Shown: positions 34,092 to 45,054 of the stretch, piece by piece | How the letters are laid out: each line of letters starts with the position of its first letter | Numbering within the stretch: position 1 is the stretch's first letter | Assembly (NCBI GenBank): GCA_965249485.1 | Contig: OZ252239.1 | Location: 3,008,001-3,072,000, forward strand | Direction of reading: 5' to 3' | DNA: 64,000 nucleotides | Origin: a bacterium | Lineage (GTDB): Bacteria > SM23-31 | The notes under the pieces: model-generated | The model's database searches: none | Told to the model about the DNA's origin: nothing | What the model saw: only the letters and a program-made list of their open reading frames with translations | Program-made: the position numbers and the translations under genes

Positions 34092-35232
34092 ATGCCGGAT
34101 ATAGATAAACAGAGAAAAAAGATAATGTCTGGACAGGACAATCATGCAAAGGCGATATTCCTGAAAGAAACAGGAGCTTTAGCAGAAGCACAAATATATG
34201 CTGAAGAAGACTGCAAAGGAAAGATTGCCATGAGCAAATTTAGAGAAGCGCTCAAAATAATGCAGGAATTTAATGTTGATGCCAGCGCAATTGCTGAAAG
34301 CGTCAAACGAGTGATGAACATACGGGTAAAGCAAAATAAACATGAGCTTGCAGCACGGATCGGCAAACAATTTGGCATGCCGAAAGAATCATATCTCGAC
34401 ATAGCAGTAACTGCATTCAACTCACGCATGAAGTTGCAGCGCTATCAAGAAGCATTTAAGATAGACAGTGAATTCCCGCTTCCAAATGAGAAAATCAGGG
34501 ATGCTGTACAGGAAGCAATAGACCTGAATATTAAGCGAAAACGGTATGATATGGCCGCGCAGCTTGGAAAGAAATATGGTATTCGTTCTGACAAGGTCAA
34601 TGATGCTCTTAAGCAATCTATCACGCGGCAACTTAAAATGAACCAATTTGATTTAGCTGGAAATTTAATTAAAGAATCAGGATTAAAGGAAAAAGAAAAA
34701 CATACCATCATCATAGAGGAATTTAAACGACGTTTTGACAGCGGCAATTTTGATGAGGCAAATTATCTGCAGAAAAAGTTTAAGATTGAGAATGAACATA
34801 TTTATTCAATTGTGATGCCTGTTTTCAATTATCATGTCGAAAAAACGTTGTTTGAAGTATCGTATTCTCTTATGAAAAAATACAAACTCCCTTCGAAACT
34901 GATGGAACCGTCTCTTAAAAAAAAGCTATGAAAATTTAATTGTTAAGCGGCAGTATAGTTCAGCAAAAAAAGTGGCAAATGATTATCCGATGCCGAAAAA
35001 CACCTGCACTGCAGTGGCTACGCAAATATTTTTAGATCAACTATCGAAGAATAACCTGTCAATTGCAGGAGAGATTAAGACTTCATTTAATCTGCATTCC
35101 GATAAAATCAAAGGACCTATTACAAATAAGTTTAAAGAATTTTCTTCAAAAGGGAAAAGCAAATATGCAGAATATGTAAAAAATGAACTTATGAAAGGGC
35201 CGGGGGTGCTGTCCAGAATATTTGGAAAGTAA
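34092..35232 (+). pseudogene. alpha-helical 34-aa tandem-repeat protein, +1 frameshift in A8 run (34917-34924)
   Basis: A8->A7 fuses 34092..34931 with 34972..35232 into 379 aa and preserves the exact 34-aa period. Confidence 0.8.
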
Positions 35233-35312
35233 AATCTACTCTTATAATTTTATTTGGAATTATATATTCAGACCACTATGTAAAGATAATTTATCAAATA
35301 TAATCATTTACG

Positions 35313-36242
35313 TTACCCAAATTTATTCCACTGGTCAAAAACGTGAAAACGATGATTGTCTGATATGAAATCATATATTCTTTCAGGTGTATACTTTGGT
35401 GTTGCACCCATCTGAAGCATTGTATAGGCGGCCACACTATTTGCATATTGCCCGGCTTTATGCAGTGGAGCACCTTGAAAATGTTGAAGTGTCAAAGCTG
35501 TAATAAATGCATCTCCTGATCCTGTCGTATCAATAGGCTGCAAGTTCAAACCAGGGCAATATACTACACTCGTACCATTTGCAAGAAGACACCCCCATTT
35601 CCCTACCGTCAAACATGCAATCTTGAGTTCTCCAATCTCAACAAGTTTTTGTAAAGACTCAATATCATCTTCCGGTAATTCGGGATAAATCTGTCTCATA
35701 TCCCGCAATTCATGTTCATTCATTTTCAGAATATCCGTCAATGGCAAACATGTGCGTACAATTTCAGGTATGTTTTCTCTCCGCTCGCGGAAGTTGACAT
35801 CAAATACCTTCAATGTATTTGAACAGAGTTTAAGGAATTCCTGTGTAGTGTTTGCAGCCTGTTTAGCGTGTTGTCCAAATGTCCCAAAAACAACAGCATC
35901 AAGTGTAGGAATCAATTTCTCAAATTGATCATACCACTCAAGGTAATCATATGATGCGGCTTCAGAACATTTAAAGAGAGGTTGGGCATTTTCATCGAGT
36001 TTCACGGTTACATAACCTGTCTTATGATCGAGATCAATCTGAATATACTCTAAAGCAATCCCATTTTTACGCAGACTATTCAATATGTCATGCCCGGCCT
36101 GGTCTTTGCCAATTCTGCTAACAATGATCCCCTGCTGTCCTAACTGCTTAATATGGTGAACACAATTGAATGGTGCCCCACCAAGATGGCGTGATTCGGG
36201 ATAGATATCCCATAAAAGCTCACCTATACCAGCCAATTTCAT
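35313..36242 (-). CDS. PfkB-family carbohydrate kinase (fructokinase-like)
   Basis: GELLWD, GGAPFN, FDVN.R, KMNEHE, DTTGSGDAF. Confidence 0.92.
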   Translation of the reverse strand: MKLAGIGELLWDIYPESRHLGGAPFNCVHHIKQLGQQGIIVSRIGKDQAGHDILNSLRKNGIALEYIQIDLDHKTGYVTVKLDENAQPLFKCSEAASYDYLEWYDQFEKLIPTLDAVVFGTFGQHAKQAANTTQEFLKLCSNTLKVFDVNFRERRENIPEIVRTCLPLTDILKMNEHELRDMRQIYPELPEDDIESLQKLVEIGELKIACLTVGKWGCLLANGTSVVYCPGLNLQPIDTTGSGDAFITALTLQHFQGAPLHKAGQYANSVAAYTMLQMGATPKYTPERIYDFISDNHRFHVFDQWNKFG

Positions 36243-36399
36243 TATTCTATGTCAGAGTGTTTGCGTTTTCATATTAATTATCTTCCATTGTATCAAAAAA
36301 AAAGGAAAGTGTGAAATTTATCTGTCAAATTTTAAACACACCTTCCATTTTAACCGATAAAACTTACAGAAGTATACATTGAATGAAAAGGAAGAGACT

Positions 36400-36564
36400 A
36401 TGTGTAATGTAAAAGAATTAGAACTTATCGGGCAAATTATTGACAAAAACAAAAAAAATCCGACCAACCTTTATAACTGCCCGAAATGTCTCGGAACCTT
36501 CATCCAGGAGAACAGAACAACGTACCGTAAGGTTACTCCGCGCTTTTTTATCAATGACATCTAA
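36400..36564 (+). CDS. small hypothetical protein with CPKC motif
   Basis: purine-rich RBS-like AAGGAAGAG before ATG 36400; fills the intergenic gap. Confidence 0.45.
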   Translation: MCNVKELELIGQIIDKNKKNPTNLYNCPKCLGTFIQENRTTYRKVTPRFFINDI

Positions 36565-36584
36565 AAGTATCCTATAAGCACCGG

Positions 36585-36881
36585 TTATTCTTCATCTTTC
36601 TTGATGTGCAGCTTATCATCTAAGTACTCTTGCATTGCTAAAACACTCGGCTTGTCCATACTGTCAAATTCTTTAACAATTTTTTCTCTATCCACAATCT
36701 CTTCATCGAGATCTTCTTCATTTTCTACTTCATTTTCTACTTCACCAAGCTGCTTTTTAAGATCGTCGTTCACTTTTTTATGAATCTGATTTGCCCGTTT
36801 TGCAGCCATAACAACAGCCTTGTAGATAGTTTCCTCTTTTTCTTCAATCCTTTTGAAATCGATTGTAATCGGCATACTCAA
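36585..36881 (-). CDS. rpoZ: RNA polymerase omega subunit
   Basis: Y.AVVMAAKRANQI and KPSVLAMQE motifs. Confidence 0.85.
   Translation of the reverse strand: MSMPITIDFKRIEEKEETIYKAVVMAAKRANQIHKKVNDDLKKQLGEVENEVENEEDLDEEIVDREKIVKEFDSMDKPSVLAMQEYLDDKLHIKKDEE
36716..36744. repeat. 12-bp tandem duplication inside rpoZ
   Basis: (CTTCATTTTCTA)x2+CTTCA, encoding EVENEVEN. Confidence 0.85.
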
Positions 36882-36898
36882 ATCCTCCAGTTTTTGGA

Positions 36899-38299
36899 TT
36901 ATTTATTATTATGTTTTAAATTCTTTTTAAAATGGGCAGTAGTAATAGAAACTATCAATCCGCTTAAAGCTAATATTCCAATCATATTCGGTAAAACCAT
37001 CAAACCGTTCAAGGTATCTGCAAGAAGCCAGATTGAACTCACTTTGACCATACTTCCTAATAACAGAAAACCGCAGAATGCCCATCTGAAATACTTTTTC
37101 ACCCCGAAACCAAACAGGTAGGCAAAACACTGCTCGCCAAAATAGGGCCAGGTAATGACAGACGTATAACCAAACAAAATAGAACTAAACACAACAACCC
37201 ATCCTCCTAAGGGAATACTCTTTTGAAAAGAGTTTGTCGCTAATTCTACACCGGTCGATCCGGTCAGCCACTCTCCTGTCAGTAATATCGAAAATGCAGT
37301 GATGGAACAGATGACCATCGTGTCCATAAACACATCGATCATCGCGATTAGACCCTGACGTACCGGCTCGTCAGTTTTGGCTGCAGAATGTGCGATAGCA
37401 GCGCTTCCAGACCCTGCTTCATTTGAATATGAGCCGCGGGCAACACCGAACCGCATAGCCATCATGATCGATGATCCGGCAAATCCTCCCGCTGCTGCCG
37501 ATCCTGAAAACGCTTCAGAAACAATTCTCACTACAACAGCCGGCAGTTCACGCCAGTATAAAACCATTATCACAATTCCCGCAACAATATAAATCACCGA
37601 CATAAAAGGAGCAAGAAATTCTGCTATCCGACCGATACTTTCAATTCCCCCAATTATCACTACCCAGACCAGAAAAGCGAGCAAAAGGCCTGATATCCAC
37701 TTATCAAGTCCGATCTGCGTTTCCAGTGCAATCGCAATTGAGTTCGACTGAACCATCGATGTCGAGAGTAGTGCGCGAAGACCAAGCGATAAAGCAAAAA
37801 AACCTGCTAATATTTTACCGATTCCACCCTTTTTAATTGAATCTTCAAGATAAAGCATCGGCCCGCCAAGCATAGTCCCATCTGGATTTGACTGTCGATA
37901 ATGAACACCGAGAACTGCTTCGCAGAATTTCGTCGCCATTCCAAAAAGCGCGGCAACCCACATCCAAAAAATCGATCCTGGGCCTCCCAGTGCAATTGCT
38001 GTTGCAACACCAACAATATTTCCGTTCCCGACAACTGCTGCCAGACCGGTCATTAATGCTTGTAGGGGTGAAATATCGCCTTTTTTATCCTGCGATCTGT
38101 CTTTTCGCTGAATACCTAGTGCAACATTCTTTAACGCATAAACAAAATGCCTGATCTGAATTCCCCGGAGCCGCACTGTGAAATAAATCCCAGATCCCAC
38201 TAGTAATAATAGCAGATGGGGACTCCACACTATTTTTCCGGTTGTAATAACAATTTTATCAAAGAGCTCTATCACGCTATAGTATGAAACAATCTCCAA
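36899..38299 (-). CDS. alanine/glycine:cation symporter (AgcS/AlsT)
   Basis: VGNGNIVGVA.AI..GGPGSIFWMW, GGPM.Y, SNEAGSGSA. Confidence 0.93.
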   Translation of the reverse strand: MEIVSYYSVIELFDKIVITTGKIVWSPHLLLLLVGSGIYFTVRLRGIQIRHFVYALKNVALGIQRKDRSQDKKGDISPLQALMTGLAAVVGNGNIVGVATAIALGGPGSIFWMWVAALFGMATKFCEAVLGVHYRQSNPDGTMLGGPMLYLEDSIKKGGIGKILAGFFALSLGLRALLSTSMVQSNSIAIALETQIGLDKWISGLLLAFLVWVVIIGGIESIGRIAEFLAPFMSVIYIVAGIVIMVLYWRELPAVVVRIVSEAFSGSAAAGGFAGSSIMMAMRFGVARGSYSNEAGSGSAAIAHSAAKTDEPVRQGLIAMIDVFMDTMVICSITAFSILLTGEWLTGSTGVELATNSFQKSIPLGGWVVVFSSILFGYTSVITWPYFGEQCFAYLFGFGVKKYFRWAFCGFLLLGSMVKVSSIWLLADTLNGLMVLPNMIGILALSGLIVSITTAHFKKNLKHNNK

Positions 38300-38322
38300 T
38301 CACATTGGACTATCATTACTTC

Positions 38323-39624
38323 TTAGCATGCATTTTCTAATTTATCCTTCAAGACTTCTTTAATGGAATCCGCTGGAAAGTGTTCCTGTTCCATCGAATC
38401 TCGATGTCTGAGTGTCACAGTTCCATCACTCATGGTATCAGAATCGATGGTAATAGCAAACGGAGTACCTATCTCATCCTGTCGTCTGTATCGTCTTCCG
38501 ATTGCTCCTCCCGAATCGTAAAATGTTTTCATGTCTTTTCGTAAATCGTTATAAATATTTTGAGCTTTTTCAGGCATGCCATCCTTGTTTACTAGCGGCA
38601 ACACGGCAACTTTGATTGGTGCAACTGCAGGACTGAGCCGCATAACAACCCGGTCATCTTCTTCATCATAGGCGTCAACAAGAACAGTCAAGATTGTTCT
38701 GTCGCATCCAGCAGAAGTTTCGATAATATAAGGAAGGTATCGTTCTCCCCGAGCTTCATCGAAATAGGTCAGTTTCTTTTTCGATTCGGCTTGATGTCGG
38801 GAAAGGTCAAAATCTGTCCTGTTGTGGATCCCTTCAAGCTCCTGCCAACCAAAAGGAAACTCATACTGAATATCGAATGCTTCCTTAGCATAGTGAGCTA
38901 ATTCATCATCGCCATGCTGATGGAAACGGAGTTTATTTTTATCCAGTCCGATTGAATCATACCAATTAAACCTATTATCCTTCCAATGTTCCATCCACTC
39001 TGAATCTTCCGAAGGGTGGATAAAAAACTGCATCTCCATTTGCTCGAATTCACGCGTTCTAAATATATAGTTTCCAGGTGTAATCTCGTTCCTGAAAGCC
39101 TTTCCGATCTGTGCAATTCCAAATGGCAGTTTCCGGCGGGCTGTCGTTTGCACATTGAGAAAGTTAACATATATTCCCTGTGCAGTTTCCGGCCTTAGAA
39201 AAACAACATGAGCATTGTCTTCAACTGGTCCCATAAAAGTTTTAAACATTAAATTAAAATTTCTGGGATCGGTTAATTCTCCGCCACATTTTGGGCATAC
39301 TTCTGTATCAAGCTCATCTTCACGGTAGCGGTTTTTACATTTTCTGCAATCTACAAGAGGATCGGTAAACCCTTCAACATGCCCAGATGCATGCCAAATT
39401 TTCGGATGCATTAAAATTGATGAATCGATCCCTTCTATATCGTCTCTGTCACGTGTCATTGCCCGCCACCAGAGGTTTTTTACATTCTGCTTCAATTCCA
39501 CACCAAGTGGTCCATAGTCGTAGCAGCTATTGATACCGCCATAAATTTCACTTGATTGAAAAATAAATCCTCGTCTTTTACAAAGAGAGACCAGCTTATC
39601 CATATATGTATTCTTATTATCCAA
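38323..39624 (-). CDS. glyS: glycine-tRNA ligase (homodimeric type)
   Basis: KRRGF, YDYGPLG, LRPETAQG, FRTREFEQME, IGRRYRRQDEIGTP. Confidence 0.97.
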   Translation of the reverse strand: MDNKNTYMDKLVSLCKRRGFIFQSSEIYGGINSCYDYGPLGVELKQNVKNLWWRAMTRDRDDIEGIDSSILMHPKIWHASGHVEGFTDPLVDCRKCKNRYREDELDTEVCPKCGGELTDPRNFNLMFKTFMGPVEDNAHVVFLRPETAQGIYVNFLNVQTTARRKLPFGIAQIGKAFRNEITPGNYIFRTREFEQMEMQFFIHPSEDSEWMEHWKDNRFNWYDSIGLDKNKLRFHQHGDDELAHYAKEAFDIQYEFPFGWQELEGIHNRTDFDLSRHQAESKKKLTYFDEARGERYLPYIIETSAGCDRTILTVLVDAYDEEDDRVVMRLSPAVAPIKVAVLPLVNKDGMPEKAQNIYNDLRKDMKTFYDSGGAIGRRYRRQDEIGTPFAITIDSDTMSDGTVTLRHRDSMEQEHFPADSIKEVLKDKLENAC

Positions 39625-39645
39625 ATCAGTAACCGCAATCTTAAA

Positions 39646-40392
39646 TTAGTTCATGAGTTTGAGCGCTTGAATTGAACTGTACCCGTCAAAATGGTATTTA
39701 AAATAACTCTCTATGAGATCCGTAATTTCCTTAGCCGTATTGCATGACACTTGCAGGTTCACCAGCTTATCCGGCTGTTTATTCATGATTGCTTTGAGCA
39801 CTTGAACCGTGTCCGGTGATAGCTTTCTATTCATAGCCGGTCTGACACATGATGAACAGACAATACTACCATCCATTAATGACACGTAAGCATCACTTTT
39901 TTTTATTTCACTGCCGCATTCTTCGCAATCACTAATGAAGAATCCGTAGCCGCTTAGTTTTACAAATCGAGTCATAAAGTACCAAAATACATTATCATAA
40001 TTTTTGTCTACGGAATCAAGACATTCGAGTGACTGTTCCATTAAATTGAATAGTGGGACATTTTCTTCTTCTTCTATGACGAGCTTCGACACAACTTCTG
40101 CAATTGCAAAGCCGAATGATAATTTATCCAAATCGCTCTTTATCCGTAAGAATGGGTTAACTATGTCACATTGTGTTAATGTGTGTAAATCTCTTTTCTC
40201 TTTATAGTAAAACACCAGATTTACTAACGTAAGGGGATCGAGCGAAGCACCAAATCGGTTTTTTAGTTTTCGCGATCCCTTCGCCATAAACGAGAGCCGC
40301 CCCATCTCCTTCGAAAACACTCTGATAATTTTACTCGTTTCACTATGGGGCATTTGTGACAAAACAATTGCTTCTGTTCTTATTATGGACAT
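39646..40392 (-). CDS. recO: DNA repair protein RecO
   Basis: TEAIVL...ETSKI, AKGSRK, two CxxC pairs. Confidence 0.93.
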   Translation of the reverse strand: MSIIRTEAIVLSQMPHSETSKIIRVFSKEMGRLSFMAKGSRKLKNRFGASLDPLTLVNLVFYYKEKRDLHTLTQCDIVNPFLRIKSDLDKLSFGFAIAEVVSKLVIEEEENVPLFNLMEQSLECLDSVDKNYDNVFWYFMTRFVKLSGYGFFISDCEECGSEIKKSDAYVSLMDGSIVCSSCVRPAMNRKLSPDTVQVLKAIMNKQPDKLVNLQVSCNTAKEITDLIESYFKYHFDGYSSIQALKLMN

Positions 40393-40415
40393 TGAATACG
40401 GTGTCAGAAAACATA

Positions 40416-41219
40416 CTATGAAACTGACGTTTCTTCTAAATCTTTATTACACAATGCCTTCGTCAGAGCGACAAACTCCTCAACTTCAAGTGTTTCCGGT
40501 CTGAGATTGAGGTCAAATTGTGTAGAAATATATTCTAAGTTTTTAATATTATAGGCAGAAAGAGAATTTTTCAGTGTTTTACGGCGCTTTCCAAAACATG
40601 TTTTTACTACCTGTTTAAAATCTTCCTGCTTGACTCCTGCAGCAAGTTCCTTGAGTTTCAGTGACACAACGCTCGAATCAGCTTGTGGTTTCGGGTAGAA
40701 ACAATTCCGTGACACATGAAATGCAATTTTCGGATCAACATGAAATTGGCATATAGCTGAAAGGATTCCTCTTTCTTTTGTCCGTACGGGAGCAACTATT
40801 CTCTGTGCCACTTCTTTCTGCATCATAAAAAGCATTCGGGAAATCAAATCTCTTTGTTCAAAGAGATGAAACAGAATCTGACTTGAAATATTGTAGGGTA
40901 AATTCCCTACGATAACAGCATTTTTTGATGAAGACAGAAGTGTACTCAGCTCAACCTCTAATATATCACAAGTAATAAGAGTGAATGTCTTATGCTGCCC
41001 AAACTTTTCCCGCAATAAATCATAAAACTGGGGATCAATCTCTACCCCGATCACCTGCGCACCACTGGCTACAAGAAATTCGGTCAGCGCACCCGAACCG
41101 CATCCGATCTCAATGACACAATCATCACCGGAAAGTTCGGCTGCAGCAGTAATTTTATTTAAGATATTCCGGTCATGTAAAAGATGCTGTCCGAATCTTT
41201 TCTTCCAACGGATTTCCAT
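40416..41219 (-). CDS. rsmA: 16S rRNA dimethyltransferase
   Basis: KKRFGQH, EIGCGSG, NLPYNIS, QKEVA. Confidence 0.96.
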   Translation of the reverse strand: MEIRWKKRFGQHLLHDRNILNKITAAAELSGDDCVIEIGCGSGALTEFLVASGAQVIGVEIDPQFYDLLREKFGQHKTFTLITCDILEVELSTLLSSSKNAVIVGNLPYNISSQILFHLFEQRDLISRMLFMMQKEVAQRIVAPVRTKERGILSAICQFHVDPKIAFHVSRNCFYPKPQADSSVVSLKLKELAAGVKQEDFKQVVKTCFGKRRKTLKNSLSAYNIKNLEYISTQFDLNLRPETLEVEEFVALTKALCNKDLEETSVS

Positions 41220-41242
41220 AAGTACTGAAATGAAACCCCTAT

Positions 41243-42616
41243 TTATCCGACTTCATTGTAGGCCCGCACACGGAATTCTGCATCAAGCTCCCGTGCGAGT
41301 TTTGTACACGCTTCAACATCGACACTGGGAATATCAACTATAGTGAGCTGCGTCTTTATTCCTGATTCGACACTTTTTCTGATAAAATCCACCATTCCGA
41401 CAAACGACTTGTCCCCGAAATCGTCACGCATTATTTTCATATATTGTGCCGGATCGTGTGTATTTAGACTGATAGAAATCAAATCGACAAGGCCTACAAG
41501 CTCAGGAACAACATTTCTTCCAAAAATCATGTTTGCATGGCCGTTTGTATTGAGCCGTACCTTTGCGCCTTTCGATTTGAGCCAACGGCTTACATCTTTG
41601 ATAAAATCGAGCCTGAGTGTCGGTTCACCATATCCGCAAAAAACAACTTCATCGTACGGTGATGGATCACCGATGAGTGCAATAGCTTCTTCAACATTGG
41701 GTTCATCCTCTTCCGATAATCCGAGATTATGCCCTTTCACAACCGGATCAGTTAATCGAGAGCAAAATACACAATCAGCTGTACAACGAAGCGTAGGATT
41801 GACATATAAAGAATTCCGAATTGTATAGACAATTTTTACTTTTTCAAGCTCAGGAGCAATGCCGAATAATCGGTGCGCATTATAGGAAGTAATCCGGGCA
41901 ATATCTTCAATCGACAGCTTCTTTATTTCAGCAAGTTTCTGTGCAATAAGAGGAACATTTCCGGGTTCATTCCGTTTTCCACGGTACGGTTCTGGAGTCA
42001 GGAACGGTGAATCGGTCTCTATCAGAATTTTTTCAATTTGAATCTTTTCAAGAAGCTCGATATTTCTAAAGTTCTTAAAGGTTATGTTACCGCCGAACGA
42101 AATATAGAAACCATTTTTTATCAAACGCTGCGCCGTTTCAAGGTCACCTGAATAACAGTGAAACACCCCTTTTACTGCCCCATTAGTAGTCTTGTGAATA
42201 ACATCTTCAATATCGTCCCAGGCATCTCGAACGTGAATTACCACGGGTTTATCCAATTCACGAGCTATAAGAAGCTGCTCTGCAAACACCTCTTTTTGAA
42301 CATCCTTCGGTGAATAGTCACGATAATAATCGAGACCAATTTCCCCGACCGCAACAACTTTGTCTTCACGCAACAACTCAAGAAGTCGCTTTTTTACATC
42401 AGCATTGTACGTTTTTGCATCATTAGGATGAACACCAGCTGTAGAAAATATATCATCGTGTTTATTTGCAAGTTTCAGGGAGTGCTCGCTTGTTTCAAGA
42501 TCGGTACCTAGAGTCACAATCCTATCCACACCTTTTTCCCGTGCACGGCTGATGACATCGTCCCGATCTTCATCGAAATTATTGAAACTTAAATGTGTGT
42601 GACTATCTATAAACAT
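41243..42616 (-). CDS. TatD nuclease fused to TatD-associated radical SAM domain
   Basis: DSHTH, GEIGLD, HCY, ETDSP; then CTADCVFC and FCGYGEP. Confidence 0.9.
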   Translation of the reverse strand: MFIDSHTHLSFNNFDEDRDDVISRAREKGVDRIVTLGTDLETSEHSLKLANKHDDIFSTAGVHPNDAKTYNADVKKRLLELLREDKVVAVGEIGLDYYRDYSPKDVQKEVFAEQLLIARELDKPVVIHVRDAWDDIEDVIHKTTNGAVKGVFHCYSGDLETAQRLIKNGFYISFGGNITFKNFRNIELLEKIQIEKILIETDSPFLTPEPYRGKRNEPGNVPLIAQKLAEIKKLSIEDIARITSYNAHRLFGIAPELEKVKIVYTIRNSLYVNPTLRCTADCVFCSRLTDPVVKGHNLGLSEEDEPNVEEAIALIGDPSPYDEVVFCGYGEPTLRLDFIKDVSRWLKSKGAKVRLNTNGHANMIFGRNVVPELVGLVDLISISLNTHDPAQYMKIMRDDFGDKSFVGMVDFIRKSVESGIKTQLTIVDIPSVDVEACTKLARELDAEFRVRAYNEVG

Positions 42617-42902
42617 AACGTCTTAATATTCGAATTTCATGCTTAAAATCACCAATTAAATCTCTCGAGTATAAAGCTTTACAATGTAATTTAAAAATCA
42701 ATAATAATCAAGATAATTATATCTTGCGTATAGTCGAAAATAGAGTGCAGAGCAGCCAGTATGCCAATGAAGATCCATTTATGAAATTCATTTGGTGATT
42801 CGATTAATATTTCGATGAGATTGGCTATGATGCATATGTTTTCTTGAATTTTTAAATTCTACTTAGTATATTTGCTTTCAGAAGCAGCCTAACAGCAAGT
42901 AT

Positions 42903-43367
42903 ATGAAGCAATTAGATAAAATAGACAAAGAAATATTGAATATCCTTCAGGATCAAGGGCGTATTACAAATTCCGATCTTGCTGGAAAAGTTGGATTATC
43001 TTCTCCGTCGATCATTGAGCGTATCAGGAAAATGGAAAAAGCCGGAATAATATCGAAGTATTCAGCCTTGATTAATCCAAAGAAAGTCAATAAAGAAATT
43101 GTTACGATGGTTGCAATTTCAATGCAACTGCACAATGAGAGTGAATTTAAACGGTTTTATGAATCAATTAGAAAGTGGCCTGAAGTTCTCGAATGTTATC
43201 ATGTTACCGGCGACGAAGACTTTATCATGAAAGTTGCAGTAAAAGATATTACAACATATGAACGATTTATGTTCGAGAAAGTAATGAAAATTTCCGGTGT
43301 CCGAAACATCCGAACCTTTCTTGTATTATCCTCAGTCAAGGAAAACGGCAAAATTCTGGTTGAATAA
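42903..43367 (+). CDS. Lrp/AsnC transcriptional regulator
   Basis: LDKID..IL..LQ..GRI, VGLS, ECYHVTGDEDF. Confidence 0.95.
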   Translation: MKQLDKIDKEILNILQDQGRITNSDLAGKVGLSSPSIIERIRKMEKAGIISKYSALINPKKVNKEIVTMVAISMQLHNESEFKRFYESIRKWPEVLECYHVTGDEDFIMKVAVKDITTYERFMFEKVMKISGVRNIRTFLVLSSVKENGKILVE

Positions 43368-43866
43368 AGTCGCTTTCAGTGTGTCAATGAGAACCCAGCA
43401 ATAACAAGCCCTATTCTTTACATAGTTTTCTATTTATCAATAGTCTATCTTTTTCTATCGGCACCAACATTTCTCATATATTTGAGTACTTATCATCACA
43501 ATTCCTTCTGGTAATCGCAGAAAATACTTTCAATATTTTGTGGAGATACATAGCTGAATCAAATTGACAATTGAGAAAACAATACGGTTTTTTCGACTAT
43601 GATCAGGGCAATCCATCGACTACGCGGTTAATGAGCACGATAGAACTACGTGCCAGCATAGCCTTCGAATTCATTGCATCTCTTCATCCAAGGGCAAATA
43701 ATCCAAATAGAATTTATATAACTGTAGCATTTAATTAGCCGCATTCACACCAAAAGCGCTCCAGAAATTTGTTGAAGCAAAATTTCCAAACAATGAAGAG
43801 TTATATTGCTGTTTATAAAAGTATGCATTAGTTTAATATCGCAAATGTTAACTATCTGAGAACGAT

Positions 43867-45054
43867 ATGACCAAATTAAACACACAATTTTATAAAGATG
43901 AATTAACTTCAATCAAAAACTCAGGACTCTATAAGGAGGAACGAATTCTATCTTCTCCGCAAAATGCCGCAATCAAAGTTGGTATAAAGAATGTTCTGAA
44001 CTTTTGTGCTAATAATTATCTTGGACTTGCTAACCATCCCAAACTTATTGAAGCTGCAAAACACAGCCTTGACACATGGGGTTATGGGCTTTCATCCGTC
44101 CGCTTTATCTGTGGCACACAGGATATTCACAAGGAATTAGAAGAAAAAATCTCACACTTTCTCGGAATGGATGATACCATCTTATACTCTTCATGTTTTG
44201 ACGCTAATGGTGGGCTTTTTGAAACACTCCTCTCCGACAAAGATGCTATTATCAGCGATTCACTCAATCATGCGAGTATTATCGACGGTGTTCGGCTTTC
44301 GAAGGCTGAGCGGCACAGATATCCACATTCCGACATGAATGCTCTTGAAGACACTTTAAAGTCAACGCGTTCAATGCGCTTCAGAATGATTGCCACCGAC
44401 GGAGTTTTTTCTATGGATGGTGATATAGCGCTACTTCAAGACATTTGTGACCTTGCAGACAAATATGATGCATTTGTCATGATAGACGATTCTCATGCAA
44501 CCGGATTTATCGGAGAAAACGGAAGAGGTACGCACGAATTGTGTGATGTTTTGGGTAGAGTCGATGTTATTACATCTACGCTTGGCAAAGCGATGGGAGG
44601 TGCATCAGGAGGATTCACCGCCGCCCGAAAAGAATTCGTCGACCTGCTCAGGCAACGGTCACGACCGTATCTCTTTTCTAATTCTCTCGCTCCCACTATC
44701 GTATCGGCAGCGATTGCCTGTATCGAACTTTTGAAATCATCCGATGACCTTCGGAAAAAATTGAATGACAACACAAAGCACTTCAGAAAAAAGATGACTG
44801 ACGCCGGATTTGGCATAAAACCAGGCAGTCACCCGATAGTACCGATAATGCTTGGAGATGCGATGTTAGCGAAAAATATTGCCGCCGACCTGCTTGATGA
44901 GGGTATTTATGTGATTGGATTCAGTTATCCGGTTGTACCGCAGGATGAAGCACGAATCAGGGTGCAGATATCAGCAGCTCATGAGTACGAACACCTCGAC
45001 AAAGCGGTTGAAAAGTTTGTTGAAATTGGAAAAAAACACGGAGTAGTTTCTTAA
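43867..45054 (+). CDS. kbl: glycine C-acetyltransferase (2-amino-3-ketobutyrate CoA ligase)
   Basis: [32 protein letters not shown]. Confidence 0.96.
   Translation: MTKLNTQFYKDELTSIKNSGLYKEERILSSPQNAAIKVGIKNVLNFCANNYLGLANHPKLIEAAKHSLDTWGYGLSSVRFICGTQDIHKELEEKISHFLGMDDTILYSSCFDANGGLFETLLSDKDAIISDSLNHASIIDGVRLSKAERHRYPHSDMNALEDTLKSTRSMRFRMIATDGVFSMDGDIALLQDICDLADKYDAFVMIDDSHATGFIGENGRGTHELCDVLGRVDVITSTLGKAMGGASGGFTAARKEFVDLLRQRSRPYLFSNSLAPTIVSAAIACIELLKSSDDLRKKLNDNTKHFRKKMTDAGFGIKPGSHPIVPIMLGDAMLAKNIAADLLDEGIYVIGFSYPVVPQDEARIRVQISAAHEYEHLDKAVEKFVEIGKKHGVVS

Noticed and set aside
34917..34931. Programmed -1 frameshift at A_AAA_AAG
   Set aside because: The continuing frame is +1; the -1 frame stops within about 5 codons
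43368..43866. Riboswitch (glycine or c-di-GMP) or small gene in the 500-bp gap before kbl
   Set aside because: Only fragmentary motif resemblance and short ORFs without an RBS; needs an Rfam/Infernal scan
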